DNA of 64,000 nucleotides from an uncultured Clostridia bacterium (GTDB lineage Bacteria > Bacillota > Clostridia > Christensenellales > Borkfalkiaceae): positions 2,318-66,317 of the forward strand of contig CALVTL010000006.1 in the NCBI GenBank assembly GCA_944362555.1, written 5' to 3'. The notes under the pieces were generated by a model, which was given only the letters and a program-made list of their open reading frames with translations, had not been told where the DNA came from and ran no database searches. Shown one piece after another: positions 8,766 to 17,727 of the stretch. The stretch's first letter is position 1, and each line of letters begins with the position of its first letter. Position numbers and translations under genes: made by a program.

Positions 8766-9980
8766 ATGAAACACGTCATTGTCATCGGCGGGGGCGCGTC
8801 CGGGCTGATGGCGGCCTATGCCGCCGCGGCGAACGGGAAGGAAGTCACCCTGCTCGAACGCAACGAAAAACTCGGAAAAAAGATCTATATCACGGGAAAG
8901 GGGCGGTGCAACCTCACCAACGACTGCGCGCCCGAGGACTTCCTCGCGCACGTCGTGCGCGGCGCAAAATTTCTGACGCGCGCCGCCTATCTCTTTCCGC
9001 CTGCGCGGACGATGGAATTTTTCGAGGAGAACGGGCTCTCCCTCAAAGTGGAACGCGGCAACCGCGTCTTTCCCGTCACCGACCACGCGAGCGACGTCAC
9101 CGCTGCTCTGGAGCGCGCCTGCCGCCGTGCGGGCGCCAAGCTGCACCTCAATGAGCGCGTTCTTGCCGTCGAAGGAGCGGAGGGGGATTTTTGCGTGCGC
9201 ACGGAGAAGGGGGAGTACCGCGCCGGGAGCGTCATCGTTGCGACGGGCGGGCTCTCCTATCCCTCGACGGGCTCGACGGGGGACGGCTACCGCTTTGCCG
9301 CAAAGGCGGGGCATACGCTCGTCGCCACCGTTCCCTCCCTCGTGGGCATGGAGCTTGCGGAGGATGTGAGCGCGGCGCAGGGGATCTCGCTGAAAAACGC
9401 CGTCCTCACGGCACGCAGGGGCGAAAAAATGCTCTTTTCGCAGATGGGCGAGCTGCTCTTCACCCACTACGGCATCAGCGGTCCGCTCGTTCTCACGCTC
9501 TCCGCGCTCATCAACCGCCTGCCACTCTCCGAGATCGGGCTCTCCCTCGACTTCAAGCCCGCTTTGGACGAGAAAAAGCTGGACGAACGCTTGCTGCGCG
9601 ATTTCTCCGAGCGCAAGAACGAACAGATGAAGAACGTCATGCGCGGGCTCCTGCCCGCAGGGCTGTGCGCCGCCGTGCTGCGCGCGGCGAATGTTGCAGG
9701 GGGAAAACAGGCGAACGCCGTCACGCGCGAGGAGCGTGGGCGCATCCTCCATGCCCTCAAACATTTTTCCCTCACGCCCACGGCGCTGCGCGGTTTTTCG
9801 GAGGCAGTCATCACGTCGGGCGGGGTGGAGCTCAAGGAGATCGACCCCAAGACAATGGAGAGCCGCCGCACAAAGGGGCTGTTCTTCTGCGGCGAGGTGC
9901 TCGACTGCGACGCCTTTACGGGAGGGTACAACCTGCAGATCGCGTTCAGCACGGGGTATCTGGCGGGTGAAAACGCATAA
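8766..9980 (+). CDS. HI0933/BaiN-like NAD(P)/FAD-dependent oxidoreductase
   Basis: VIVIGGGASGLMAA dinucleotide fold followed by GKKIYITGKGRCNLTN, diagnostic of the HI0933-like family. Confidence 0.8.
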   Translation: MKHVIVIGGGASGLMAAYAAAANGKEVTLLERNEKLGKKIYITGKGRCNLTNDCAPEDFLAHVVRGAKFLTRAAYLFPPARTMEFFEENGLSLKVERGNRVFPVTDHASDVTAALERACRRAGAKLHLNERVLAVEGAEGDFCVRTEKGEYRAGSVIVATGGLSYPSTGSTGDGYRFAAKAGHTLVATVPSLVGMELAEDVSAAQGISLKNAVLTARRGEKMLFSQMGELLFTHYGISGPLVLTLSALINRLPLSEIGLSLDFKPALDEKKLDERLLRDFSERKNEQMKNVMRGLLPAGLCAAVLRAANVAGGKQANAVTREERGRILHALKHFSLTPTALRGFSEAVITSGGVELKEIDPKTMESRRTKGLFFCGEVLDCDAFTGGYNLQIAFSTGYLAGENA

Positions 9981-9994
9981 ATTGACATTTTGCA

Positions 9995-10019
9995 TTGTAA
10001 TATGTCAGACATAGTATTA
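9995..10019. repeat. Palindromic element copy 2 (exact core at 10001-10013)
   Basis: Read directly; intergenic, between the HI0933-like stop and the aroH-cmk start. Confidence 0.9.
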
Positions 10020-10092
10020 AAAATATCCCTCCGATATTTGACATTTTCCGCAAAATACAATAAGATAATAAGCGATACATAAGGAGTACGTT

Positions 10093-11100
10093 ATGACGGT
10101 CATTCGTGGAGCAACGACGATCATGAAGGACTGCGCGGAGGAGATCCGCGCGGCAGTCGCCGAACTGTTGGAGCAGATCGAGAGCAGGAACGCCTTGAAG
10201 CGCGACGAAGTGTTGAGCATCGTGTTTTCCAGCACGTCGGACATCCATTCCTTCTATCCCGCCAAGGCGGCGCGGGAGGCGGGCTTTGCAAGCTGCTCGC
10301 TCTTTTCCGCGCAGGAGCCCGAGATCGAAGGGGGGCTCGCGCTCTGCATCCGCGTGATGCTCTTTGTCGAAAAGAACATCACGCCCCATCACGTCTATCT
10401 GCGCGGGGCGCGCGTCCTGCGCCGCGACATCGCGCAAAAATACAACATCGCCATCGACGGGCCCGCGGGCAGCGGCAAATCCACCGTCGCAAAACTGCTT
10501 GCCAACGACTGCCACATCCTCTATCTCGATACGGGCGCCATGTACCGCGCCTGCGCGCTCGCTGCGCTGCGCAAGGGCGTGGATGTGGAAGATGAGGTGC
10601 AGGTGTGCGATCTGATGCGCACGCTGGAGCTCTCCGTCGGATATTCGGACGGCGTGCAGCACACCTATCTTTCCAAAGAGGATGTCTCCGCGCTCCTGCG
10701 CACGCCCGACGTGTCCATGGCGGCGTCTACCATCTCCCGCCACCCGAGCGTGCGCATGAAGATGGTGGAAAAGCAGCGCGAGATCGCCTCCAAGATGTCC
10801 TGCGTCCTCGACGGGCGGGACATCGGCACCTTTGTTCTGCCCGACGCCGACTTCAAATTCTTCCTCACCGCCTCTCCGGAAGTGCGCGCAAAGCGCCGCT
10901 ATGACGAGATGGTCGCGCGCGGGAAAAAAGTGGATTTCGAGGCGTTGAAGCGCGACATCGCCGCAAGGGACAAGCAGGACTCCACGCGCGCCCTTGCGCC
11001 CTTGAAGCAGGCGGACGACGCCATTTTGATCGACACGTCGGAGATGACCGTTGAAGAGGTCGTTGAGACCATCAAGCGCAAGATGCAGGAGAAGATCTGA
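10093..11100 (+). CDS. cmk: AroH-type chorismate mutase fused to cytidylate kinase
   Basis: N-terminal about 115 aa (IRGATT..FYPAKAARE..CIRVM..HVYL) matches AroH; the remainder (IAIDGPAGSGKSTVAK..DGRDIGT) is Cmk. Confidence 0.8.
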   Translation: MTVIRGATTIMKDCAEEIRAAVAELLEQIESRNALKRDEVLSIVFSSTSDIHSFYPAKAAREAGFASCSLFSAQEPEIEGGLALCIRVMLFVEKNITPHHVYLRGARVLRRDIAQKYNIAIDGPAGSGKSTVAKLLANDCHILYLDTGAMYRACALAALRKGVDVEDEVQVCDLMRTLELSVGYSDGVQHTYLSKEDVSALLRTPDVSMAASTISRHPSVRMKMVEKQREIASKMSCVLDGRDIGTFVLPDADFKFFLTASPEVRAKRRYDEMVARGKKVDFEALKRDIAARDKQDSTRALAPLKQADDAILIDTSEMTVEEVVETIKRKMQEKI

Positions 11101-11915
11101 TGAACGAGACTACACCTTCCTCCGGGCAAAGCGAAGAACAGGAAATAGGAGAGCCGCTCACCCGCGCGCAGAAGCGGGCGCAAAAAAAAGAGGCGCGCAA
11201 AAAGCGCAGACTCGAAAAGCACGAAAAGCAGCGCCGCCTGCTCTTTCCCGCCGATAAAAAGGGGCGGCACATCATGCCGCTCATGAATTTTTTGCGAGTT
11301 CTGCTCTATCCCATCCATTTTATCATCTTTCCCTTCAAACTGCACGGCTATAAAAAAGTCGGTACGGGCGCTTATATGTATGTGAGCAATCACTACTGCC
11401 TCTGGGACGTCTTTTATATGGCGCACACGACGTGGGAGGGGCTGCACTTCATGGCGAAAGAGCCTGTTCTGCACGCGCCCGTCGTCGGGTATTTCGCCCG
11501 CCGTCTCGGGGTCATCGGCGCCATGCGCGACGGCTCCGACGTGCGCACCGTCATGGACGCCATGCGCATCTTAAAGAACGGGGAAAAGCTCGCCATGTTC
11601 CCAGAGGGCACGCGCAACAAGCGCTCGGACGAGGAATTTCTTCCCTTCCACAGCGGCGCGGCGCTCATCTCCATCAAGACCGGGACGCCCGTCATCCCCG
11701 TCGTCATCTGCAACCGCCCCAAGCCCTTCTGCATAACGCACGTCGTCCTCGGCGAGCCCTTTGAATTTTCCGAATATTACGGCAGAAAGCTCACCCCCGA
11801 GGAGTATGCGGAGGCGGATAAAAAGCTGACCGAGCGGATGTATTCGCTGCGGGCGGACTTCCGCGCACAGCGCGCCGCAAAGAACAAAAAGAAGGCGGAA
11901 AAGGACGGGAAATGA
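11100..11915 (+). CDS. plsC: 1-acyl-sn-glycerol-3-phosphate acyltransferase
   Basis: NHYCLWD (HX4D-type) and FPEGTRN motifs; basic N-terminal extension; conserved cmk-plsC-ispH/rpsA order. Confidence 0.8.
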   Translation: MNETTPSSGQSEEQEIGEPLTRAQKRAQKKEARKKRRLEKHEKQRRLLFPADKKGRHIMPLMNFLRVLLYPIHFIIFPFKLHGYKKVGTGAYMYVSNHYCLWDVFYMAHTTWEGLHFMAKEPVLHAPVVGYFARRLGVIGAMRDGSDVRTVMDAMRILKNGEKLAMFPEGTRNKRSDEEFLPFHSGAALISIKTGTPVIPVVICNRPKPFCITHVVLGEPFEFSEYYGRKLTPEEYAEADKKLTERMYSLRADFRAQRAAKNKKKAEKDGK

Positions 11916-14188
11916 AGGTGACCATCGCCGCGCACTGCGGCTTTTGCACGGGCGTGAGAAGGGCGGTGGAGCGGGCGATGTCCGTTCCCGCCGAAAACAC
12001 TTACGTTTTGGGCGAACTCATCCACAACGAGGAAGTGACGGCGCGCATCGCGGCGCGCGGCATCCCCACCGTCGAGAGCCTTGATGAGGTGCCGGACGGC
12101 GCCACGCTGCTCATCCGTTCGCACGGGGTGGGGCGCGCCGTCTATGAGGAATGCGAACGCAAAAACATCCGCGTCGAGGACTGCACCTGCACCTTCGTGC
12201 GCAATGCGCAGCGCATCGCCGCCGAGGCGTCCGAGGCGGGAAAGACGGTCGTCATCGCGGGGCACCGGTCGCATCCAGAGGTCGTCGGCATCGTCGGCTG
12301 GTGCAAAGGGGAGGTCTTTGTGTTCGGTTCGGAGGAGGACGATTTTTCGCCCTTGGCGGGAAAAAACGTCGCGCTCCTCGCGCAAACCACCTTTTCCGAG
12401 CAAAGATTTTCAAAAATTGCAGAAAATATTCTCAAAGTACGTCCAAAAACAGTTGAGATTTTCAAGACAATTTGTTATACTACTGTAAGCAGGCAGAGAG
12501 ATGCCGCGCGTCTGGCACGCGAAGCGGACGCAGTTCTCGTGATCGGCGGACGCAGCAGCAGCAATACCAACAAGCTCGCGGAGATCGCGGAACGGTATTG
12601 CAGCCGCGTGTTTTATCTGAGCAGCGCGGACGATCTGCAATATGAAAAAGTTAAATTTTGTAAAAGGGTCGGCATTGTGGCGGGAGCCAGCACTCCCGAT
12701 TGGCAGACCTCGGAGGTTCTCAAAAAGATGGCAGAAAACAACGCGGAAGTACAGGTGGAGACGCAGGTCTCCGAAGAGACGGTCGAAACGCCCGTCGCAG
12801 AGGAAACGGCAACGGCTGCAGCCGAAGCCGCACCCGTCGAGGCACAGGAGACCGAAGCCGCACCTGCGGCACAGCCCGCTCCCGAAGTCGAGCAGGCGCA
12901 AGCAGCTCCCGCTCAGGAAAAGTCCGCCATGGACGCGGTCATCGCGGAAATGGACAAGGGCTCGCATTATAAGAGAGGTCAGATCCTCACGGTGAAGATC
13001 GTCTCCGCGACCGACGAAGGCATCTATGTCTCCGGCTCGGGCAAGGCGGACATCCTCATCGAGAAAGCAGAACTCGACTGCGACGAATACAGCCGCGACG
13101 CCTATGCCGCAAAGATCGGCGAGAATATCGACGTGATGGTCGTGGACGCCAAGACCCCCGTCAAGCTCTCCGAAAAGCAGGTCCGCAAGGTGAAGGAGGA
13201 GGAAGAGCTCCTCAAAGACATCGAGGAAGGCAAGGAATTCTCCGTCGTCTGCACGGGCTTTAATAAGGGCGGCCTTACGGCGGAACTCGGCACCTACGCC
13301 GTGTTCATTCCCGCCCGCGAGATCCGTTCGAGCTATGTGAAGGAGCTCGACAAGATGGTGGGCAAGAAGCTGCGCTTGAAGCTCCTTGAGATCCGCCGCG
13401 AGCGCAGGAAGGAGATCATCGCCTCCCAGCGCGTCATCCTCGAGGCAGAGAAAGCTGCGCGCGAGGCTGCCAAGGCGGAGCGCGAAGCCGCATTTTTCGA
13501 TTCCATCAACGTAGGCGACGTGGTGGAAGGCAAGGTCGAGAGAGTGACCTCCTTCGGCGCGTTCGTCTCCGTGAATGGATTCGACTGCCTTGCGCACATC
13601 TCCGACCTCTCCTGGACGGGCGTGAAGGAAGTCACCGACGTTCTGGAGATCGGCAAGCGCTATCAGTTCAAAGTGCTCAAGATCGACCGTGACAATAAGA
13701 AGGTCTCCATCGGCTACAAGCAGCTCCAGCCCCGTCCCTGGGACACCGCTGCAGAGCGCTATGCCGAGGGCGACATCGTGCACGGCAAAGTCGTCCGCAT
13801 CGTTCCCTTCGGCGCGTTCGTCGAATTGGAAAAGGGCATCGACGGGCTGGTGCACGTCTCCCAGATCACGCACGAATGGCTGGAAAATCCTACGTCCGCG
13901 CTGACCATCGGTCAGGAAGTGGACGCAAAGGTGCTTGCGTTCGATCCCGAGGCGCACAAGATCACGCTCTCCATCAAGGCTTTGCAGCCCAAGCTCTGGG
14001 ATAACCACGACGAGCATGAGATGCGCGAGAGCCGCGGCGACGGCGAGAGACGTCCCCGCAGGGGCAAGGGCAACCGCCGCACGGCGAGCGACTATGCCGA
14101 CGAGGCGGAGTACAGAGAGTGGAGCGAGGGCGGCTATGGCGGCGCGTCCATCGCCGACCTTCTGGGCAACGACGACGGCAACAAATAA
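11912..14188 (+). CDS. ispH: 4-hydroxy-3-methylbut-2-enyl diphosphate reductase fused to ribosomal protein S1 repeats
   Basis: N-terminal LytB/IspH (AHCGFCTGV..QTTFS..ASTP), A/E/P-rich linker, then four S1 domains (GxVxxVxxFGAFV); a fusion known in Clostridia. Confidence 0.9.
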   Translation: MKVTIAAHCGFCTGVRRAVERAMSVPAENTYVLGELIHNEEVTARIAARGIPTVESLDEVPDGATLLIRSHGVGRAVYEECERKNIRVEDCTCTFVRNAQRIAAEASEAGKTVVIAGHRSHPEVVGIVGWCKGEVFVFGSEEDDFSPLAGKNVALLAQTTFSEQRFSKIAENILKVRPKTVEIFKTICYTTVSRQRDAARLAREADAVLVIGGRSSSNTNKLAEIAERYCSRVFYLSSADDLQYEKVKFCKRVGIVAGASTPDWQTSEVLKKMAENNAEVQVETQVSEETVETPVAEETATAAAEAAPVEAQETEAAPAAQPAPEVEQAQAAPAQEKSAMDAVIAEMDKGSHYKRGQILTVKIVSATDEGIYVSGSGKADILIEKAELDCDEYSRDAYAAKIGENIDVMVVDAKTPVKLSEKQVRKVKEEEELLKDIEEGKEFSVVCTGFNKGGLTAELGTYAVFIPAREIRSSYVKELDKMVGKKLRLKLLEIRRERRKEIIASQRVILEAEKAAREAAKAEREAAFFDSINVGDVVEGKVERVTSFGAFVSVNGFDCLAHISDLSWTGVKEVTDVLEIGKRYQFKVLKIDRDNKKVSIGYKQLQPRPWDTAAERYAEGDIVHGKVVRIVPFGAFVELEKGIDGLVHVSQITHEWLENPTSALTIGQEVDAKVLAFDPEAHKITLSIKALQPKLWDNHDEHEMRESRGDGERRPRRGKGNRRTASDYADEAEYREWSEGGYGGASIADLLGNDDGNK

Positions 14189-14203
14189 AATTTCCGAATT
14201 TAC

Positions 14204-14232
14204 AAAAAATCCGCTTAAACGCGGATTTTTTT
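14204..14232 (+). terminator. ispH-rpsA terminator
   Basis: AAAAAATCCGC-TTAAAC-GCGGATTTTTTT. Confidence 0.85.
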
Positions 14233-14272
14233 GTTTATATATGCTTTGAACATCATCAAGGAGCATACCGTT

Positions 14273-16081
14273 ATGGAAAAACAGGGCAACATCCGCATCG
14301 CAAGCGAAAACATGATGCCGATCATCAAGAAGTGGCTGTATTCGGACAAGGACATCTTCGTCCGTGAGATCGTCGCAAACGCGCAGGACGCCATCACCAA
14401 GCACAAGAAACTCGCCGATCTGGGCGAGACGGCGGCAGAGGAACATTACCGCGTCACCGTGACGGCGGACGCCAAGGCGGGCACGCTGACCGTTGAGGAC
14501 AACGGCATCGGCATGACGGAGGAGGAAGTCGAAAAATACATCACGCAGATCGCCTTCTCGGGCGCCGCCGATTTCGTGGACAAGTACGAAAAGGCGGGCG
14601 GGGACGGCATCATCGGGCACTTCGGGCTCGGGTTCTATTCCGCCTATATGGTCTCGGAGAACATCGAGATCTTCACCAAGTCCTACCGCGAGGACGCGAA
14701 GGGCGTGCACTGGGCGTCGGACGGCAATTCGACGTACACCATCGGCGACTGCGACAAGGAGACGCGCGGCACGAAGATCGTCATGCACATCGCGAAGGAG
14801 GAGAAGGAATTTCTGAAGGCGGACAAGCTCCGTTCCCTTCTGCGCAAGTACTGCTCCTTCATGCCGTACGAGATCTATCTTGATCCGACGGGCAAGGACG
14901 ACAAGCCCGTCAACACCACCCATCCGCTCTACTTGAAGCAGCCCAAGGACTGCACGGACGAGGAGTACAAGACCTTCTACCGCGAGACCTTCTCCGACTT
15001 CAACGAGCCGCTCTTCTGGATCCACCTCAACATGGAATATCCCTTCCGTTTGAAGGGCATCCTCTTCTTCCCCAAAGTGAAAAAGCAGGTGGAGCTCGAG
15101 CGCGGTAAAGTGAAGCTGTACTGCAATCAGGTGTTTATCGCCGACAACATCAAGGAAGTCATCCCCGAATTTCTGATGCTGTTAAACGGCGTCATCGACT
15201 GCCCCGACATCCCGCTCAACGTGTCGCGTTCCTTCCTGCAGAACGACAAGCAGGTGCAGAAGATCGCCAAACACATCACCAAAAAGGTGGCGGACAAGCT
15301 CACCGAGCTCTACAAGAACGACAAAGCGCGCTATGAAAGCTGCTGGCCCGACCTTGCGACCTTCGTCAAGTTCGGCTGCCTCAAAGACGAGGAATTTTAT
15401 AAGCGCGTCGAGGACATCCTCATCTATAAGAACCTCGCGGGCGAATACCGCCCCATTGCATCCTTCTACGGCGAGGAAGTGAGCGAGGAGGACGCAAAGA
15501 ACGGCAAAGAGCCCGAGCCCGTCTACTACGTCTCGGACGAGAACAAGCAGGCGCAATACATCAAAATGTTCAAGGACGCGGGGCTGGACGCCATCTACTG
15601 CGATACCTATATCGACCCGCACTTCCTGAGCTTTCTGGAATATAAAAACCCTTCCCGCGTGCGGTTTTTGCGCATCGACGCCGACGTTGCGGGCGCGCTC
15701 AAAGAGGAGAGCGCGGAGGACGCCGACCTCAAAGCTGTCTTTGAAAAGGCGCTCGACGGCAAGCACGTCACCGTGAAAACGGAGAAGCTGAAGGACGCGG
15801 GCGTTCCCGCCGTCATCAACGTCTCGGAGTTCGCGCGCAGGATGAGCGAGATGCACGCCTTCTACGGTATGGGCGAATCGCCCGCAGACCTCACGCTCGT
15901 CGTGAACACCGCCTCCGCCGCAGTGCAGGCGTTAAAGGGCGCAGACGAGGAGGCACAGAAGAAGGGCGCCATGCACGTCTACTATCTCGCGCTCATGAAC
16001 TACCGTCCGCTCAAACCGGAGGAGCTCTCCGAATTCCTCTCGACGAGCGCCATGCTGCTTGAGACCTATCTGAAAAAATAA
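14273..16081 (+). CDS. htpG: Molecular chaperone HtpG (Hsp90)
   Basis: IFVREIVANAQDA, DNGIGMT and GHFGLGFYS motifs; start set at MEKQG with SD aaggag. Confidence 0.9.
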   Translation: MEKQGNIRIASENMMPIIKKWLYSDKDIFVREIVANAQDAITKHKKLADLGETAAEEHYRVTVTADAKAGTLTVEDNGIGMTEEEVEKYITQIAFSGAADFVDKYEKAGGDGIIGHFGLGFYSAYMVSENIEIFTKSYREDAKGVHWASDGNSTYTIGDCDKETRGTKIVMHIAKEEKEFLKADKLRSLLRKYCSFMPYEIYLDPTGKDDKPVNTTHPLYLKQPKDCTDEEYKTFYRETFSDFNEPLFWIHLNMEYPFRLKGILFFPKVKKQVELERGKVKLYCNQVFIADNIKEVIPEFLMLLNGVIDCPDIPLNVSRSFLQNDKQVQKIAKHITKKVADKLTELYKNDKARYESCWPDLATFVKFGCLKDEEFYKRVEDILIYKNLAGEYRPIASFYGEEVSEEDAKNGKEPEPVYYVSDENKQAQYIKMFKDAGLDAIYCDTYIDPHFLSFLEYKNPSRVRFLRIDADVAGALKEESAEDADLKAVFEKALDGKHVTVKTEKLKDAGVPAVINVSEFARRMSEMHAFYGMGESPADLTLVVNTASAAVQALKGADEEAQKKGAMHVYYLALMNYRPLKPEELSEFLSTSAMLLETYLKK

Positions 16082-16104
16082 CGAAAATATTTTTCAAATG
16101 GGTA

Positions 16105-16133
16105 TTGACAAGCACTGAATTGTAGCGTATAAT
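16105..16133 (+). promoter_or_regulatory. csp promoter TTGACA-17-TATAAT
   Basis: Consensus hexamers followed by a long 5-prime UTR. Confidence 0.8.
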
Positions 16134-16216
16134 AAATATCGGCGTGGATAAAGCATGACTCGTGACGCATCGGTGCGCGCGGACTCACGATTGCGCGCCG
16201 ATAGGAGGTAATTCAA

Positions 16217-16429
16217 GTGAACGGAACTGTAAAATGGTTCAACGATGGCAAGGGATACGGATTCATCGCCAACGATGAGGGGGGAGACGATGTGTTCGTG
16301 CATTTCTCCGCCATCCAGACGGAGGGCTTCCGCACTCTCAAAGAGGGGCAGAAAGTCACCTTTGAGACGGAACCCGATCCCAAAGACAGCGGGAAACTGC
16401 GTGCGATAAACGTCGTTCCTCTGTCCTGA
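16217..16429 (+). CDS. cspA: Cold-shock protein (CspA family)
   Basis: [15 protein letters not shown] and [12 protein letters not shown] motifs; GTG start after SD aggagg; about 80-nt 5-prime UTR. Confidence 0.9.
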   Translation: MNGTVKWFNDGKGYGFIANDEGGDDVFVHFSAIQTEGFRTLKEGQKVTFETEPDPKDSGKLRAINVVPLS

Positions 16430-16440
16430 ATGTCGAAAAA

Positions 16441-16476
16441 AAGGCGTGCTCCGAAAGGAAGCGCGCCTTTTTTTGC
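16441..16476 (+). terminator. csp terminator
   Basis: GGCGTGCT..AGCGCGCC stem followed by a T-run. Confidence 0.75.
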
Positions 16477-16560
16477 AAAAATGTCTCCGCGTTCCGCAAA
16501 AGACATCGGCTGTTTGCACGCAGCATGAACGCCGGCAGCGTGCGGGTTTTGTCTATAGGG

Positions 16561-16589
16561 TTGACATGAGATGAAATTTCGCTTATAAT
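16561..16589 (+). promoter_or_regulatory. Promoter TTGACA-17-TATAAT for the zinc-ribbon membrane protein
   Basis: Read directly. Confidence 0.7.
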
Positions 16590-16622
16590 GTCCATAAACA
16601 ATAACTTGCGGGGGGGGGTATC

Positions 16623-17129
16623 ATGAACGATCGGGATGCGGAACGGCAGGAAGCGCTCAAGAAAAAACATGCGCGGACGAAGCGGGCTTTGAAGATCCTC
16701 GGCACAGTCATGGTTGCCGCGGGTTTGGGGCTTGTCGTCATGGGGATCGTCGATATGGCGGCGTCCATCTCAAACGGCGAAATGCCCGCCCTGTTCTGGG
16801 GGCTCAGGGTAGGACTCCCCATGCTCGGATTCGGCGGGATGTTCTGCATGATGGGATTCAGGAAGGAGCTCATCCGCTTTTCCAAAGATGAAACGGTTCC
16901 CATCATAAACGAAGCCGGGCAGGAGATCGTGCCCGCGATCGGCGCAGTGTCGGGCGCCGTCAAACATGCCGAGGGCGATCTCTGCCCGCATTGCGGCAAG
17001 GCAAACGATGATGGAGCAAAATTTTGCCGTCACTGCGGCGCAAAACTCCTGACGGAGTGCCCGCATTGCGGAGAAAGTGTTAAAGACGGAGCATTCTGCG
17101 ACAAATGCGGAAACCCGCTGCACAAATAG
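16623..17129 (+). CDS. Membrane protein with C-terminal double zinc ribbon
   Basis: Two TM segments, then CPHCG..CRHCG..CPHCG..CDKCG. Confidence 0.6.
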   Translation: MNDRDAERQEALKKKHARTKRALKILGTVMVAAGLGLVVMGIVDMAASISNGEMPALFWGLRVGLPMLGFGGMFCMMGFRKELIRFSKDETVPIINEAGQEIVPAIGAVSGAVKHAEGDLCPHCGKANDDGAKFCRHCGAKLLTECPHCGESVKDGAFCDKCGNPLHK

Positions 17130-17219
17130 GCCCGTGCTTTTTCCCTGGGGAAGGTGTGAGCTTCCTCGCAGCTGCCCCGCGGGTCACAATACAACATTAT
17201 CCCGCTCTAATTCAAATGA

Positions 17220-17252
17220 AAAACCACCGGTTGAAAAAACGCCGGTGGTTTT
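17220..17252. terminator. Bidirectional terminator (zinc-ribbon gene / spoVG)
   Basis: AACCACCGG..CCGGTGGTT stem flanked by A and T runs. Confidence 0.8.
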
Positions 17253-17268
17253 ATCGTGTCGTACGAAA

Positions 17269-17562
17269 TCAGTCCTCTGCCTCTTCTGACTCCTCGCGCG
17301 GGGACGCGAGGAACTTTTTGTATTCGTCCAGAATGAGCTTTTGCAGCATTTCGCGCGTTTCGGTGTTGAGCGGATGCGCAATGTCCTTGTATTTCCCGTC
17401 CGTCGTCTTGCGGCTGGGCATGGCGATGGCAAAGCCTTCTTCGCGCTCGAAGATCTTGACGTCGTGGATGACGAAGCATCCGTCAATGGTGAAGGAAACG
17501 ATCGCCTTCAGCCTACCTGCAGGGTTGCGGACCTCGCGGATCCGTACATCATCGATGATCAT
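17269..17562 (-). CDS. spoVG: Septation protein SpoVG
   Basis: MIIDDVRIREV..LKAIVSFTIDGCFVIHDVKI..FIAMPSRK is near-canonical SpoVG; SD gaggggg. Confidence 0.9.
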   Translation of the reverse strand: MIIDDVRIREVRNPAGRLKAIVSFTIDGCFVIHDVKIFEREEGFAIAMPSRKTTDGKYKDIAHPLNTETREMLQKLILDEYKKFLASPREESEEAED

Positions 17563-17727
17563 TTGGAGTATCCCCCTCAAAGTATTTCCCTTATGTATTC
17601 ACTATATTAACACGTTTCTTTCCCGTTTGCAATACCTTTTTGTAAAATTTATCAATGTTTTTTACAATATTTATAATTGTTGGGAAAAGGCGGCACCAAA
17701 ACGCGGCGATTTTTCATACTATGCGGT

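Noticed and set aside
12410-15025. Very long antisense ORFs: 871 aa at 12410-15025 (minus), 944 aa at 59994-62828 (plus), 558 aa at 25956-27632 (minus), 557 aa at 21956-23629 (minus) and 486 aa at 8535-9995 (minus)
   Set aside because: Each lies exactly opposite a confidently recognised gene (ispH-rpsA/htpG, the GH51-like gene, glgA, glgB and the HI0933-like gene). Their translations are low-complexity, R/A/G/D-rich, and have no motifs. They are typical stop-codon-poor shadow frames of GC-rich coding DNA.
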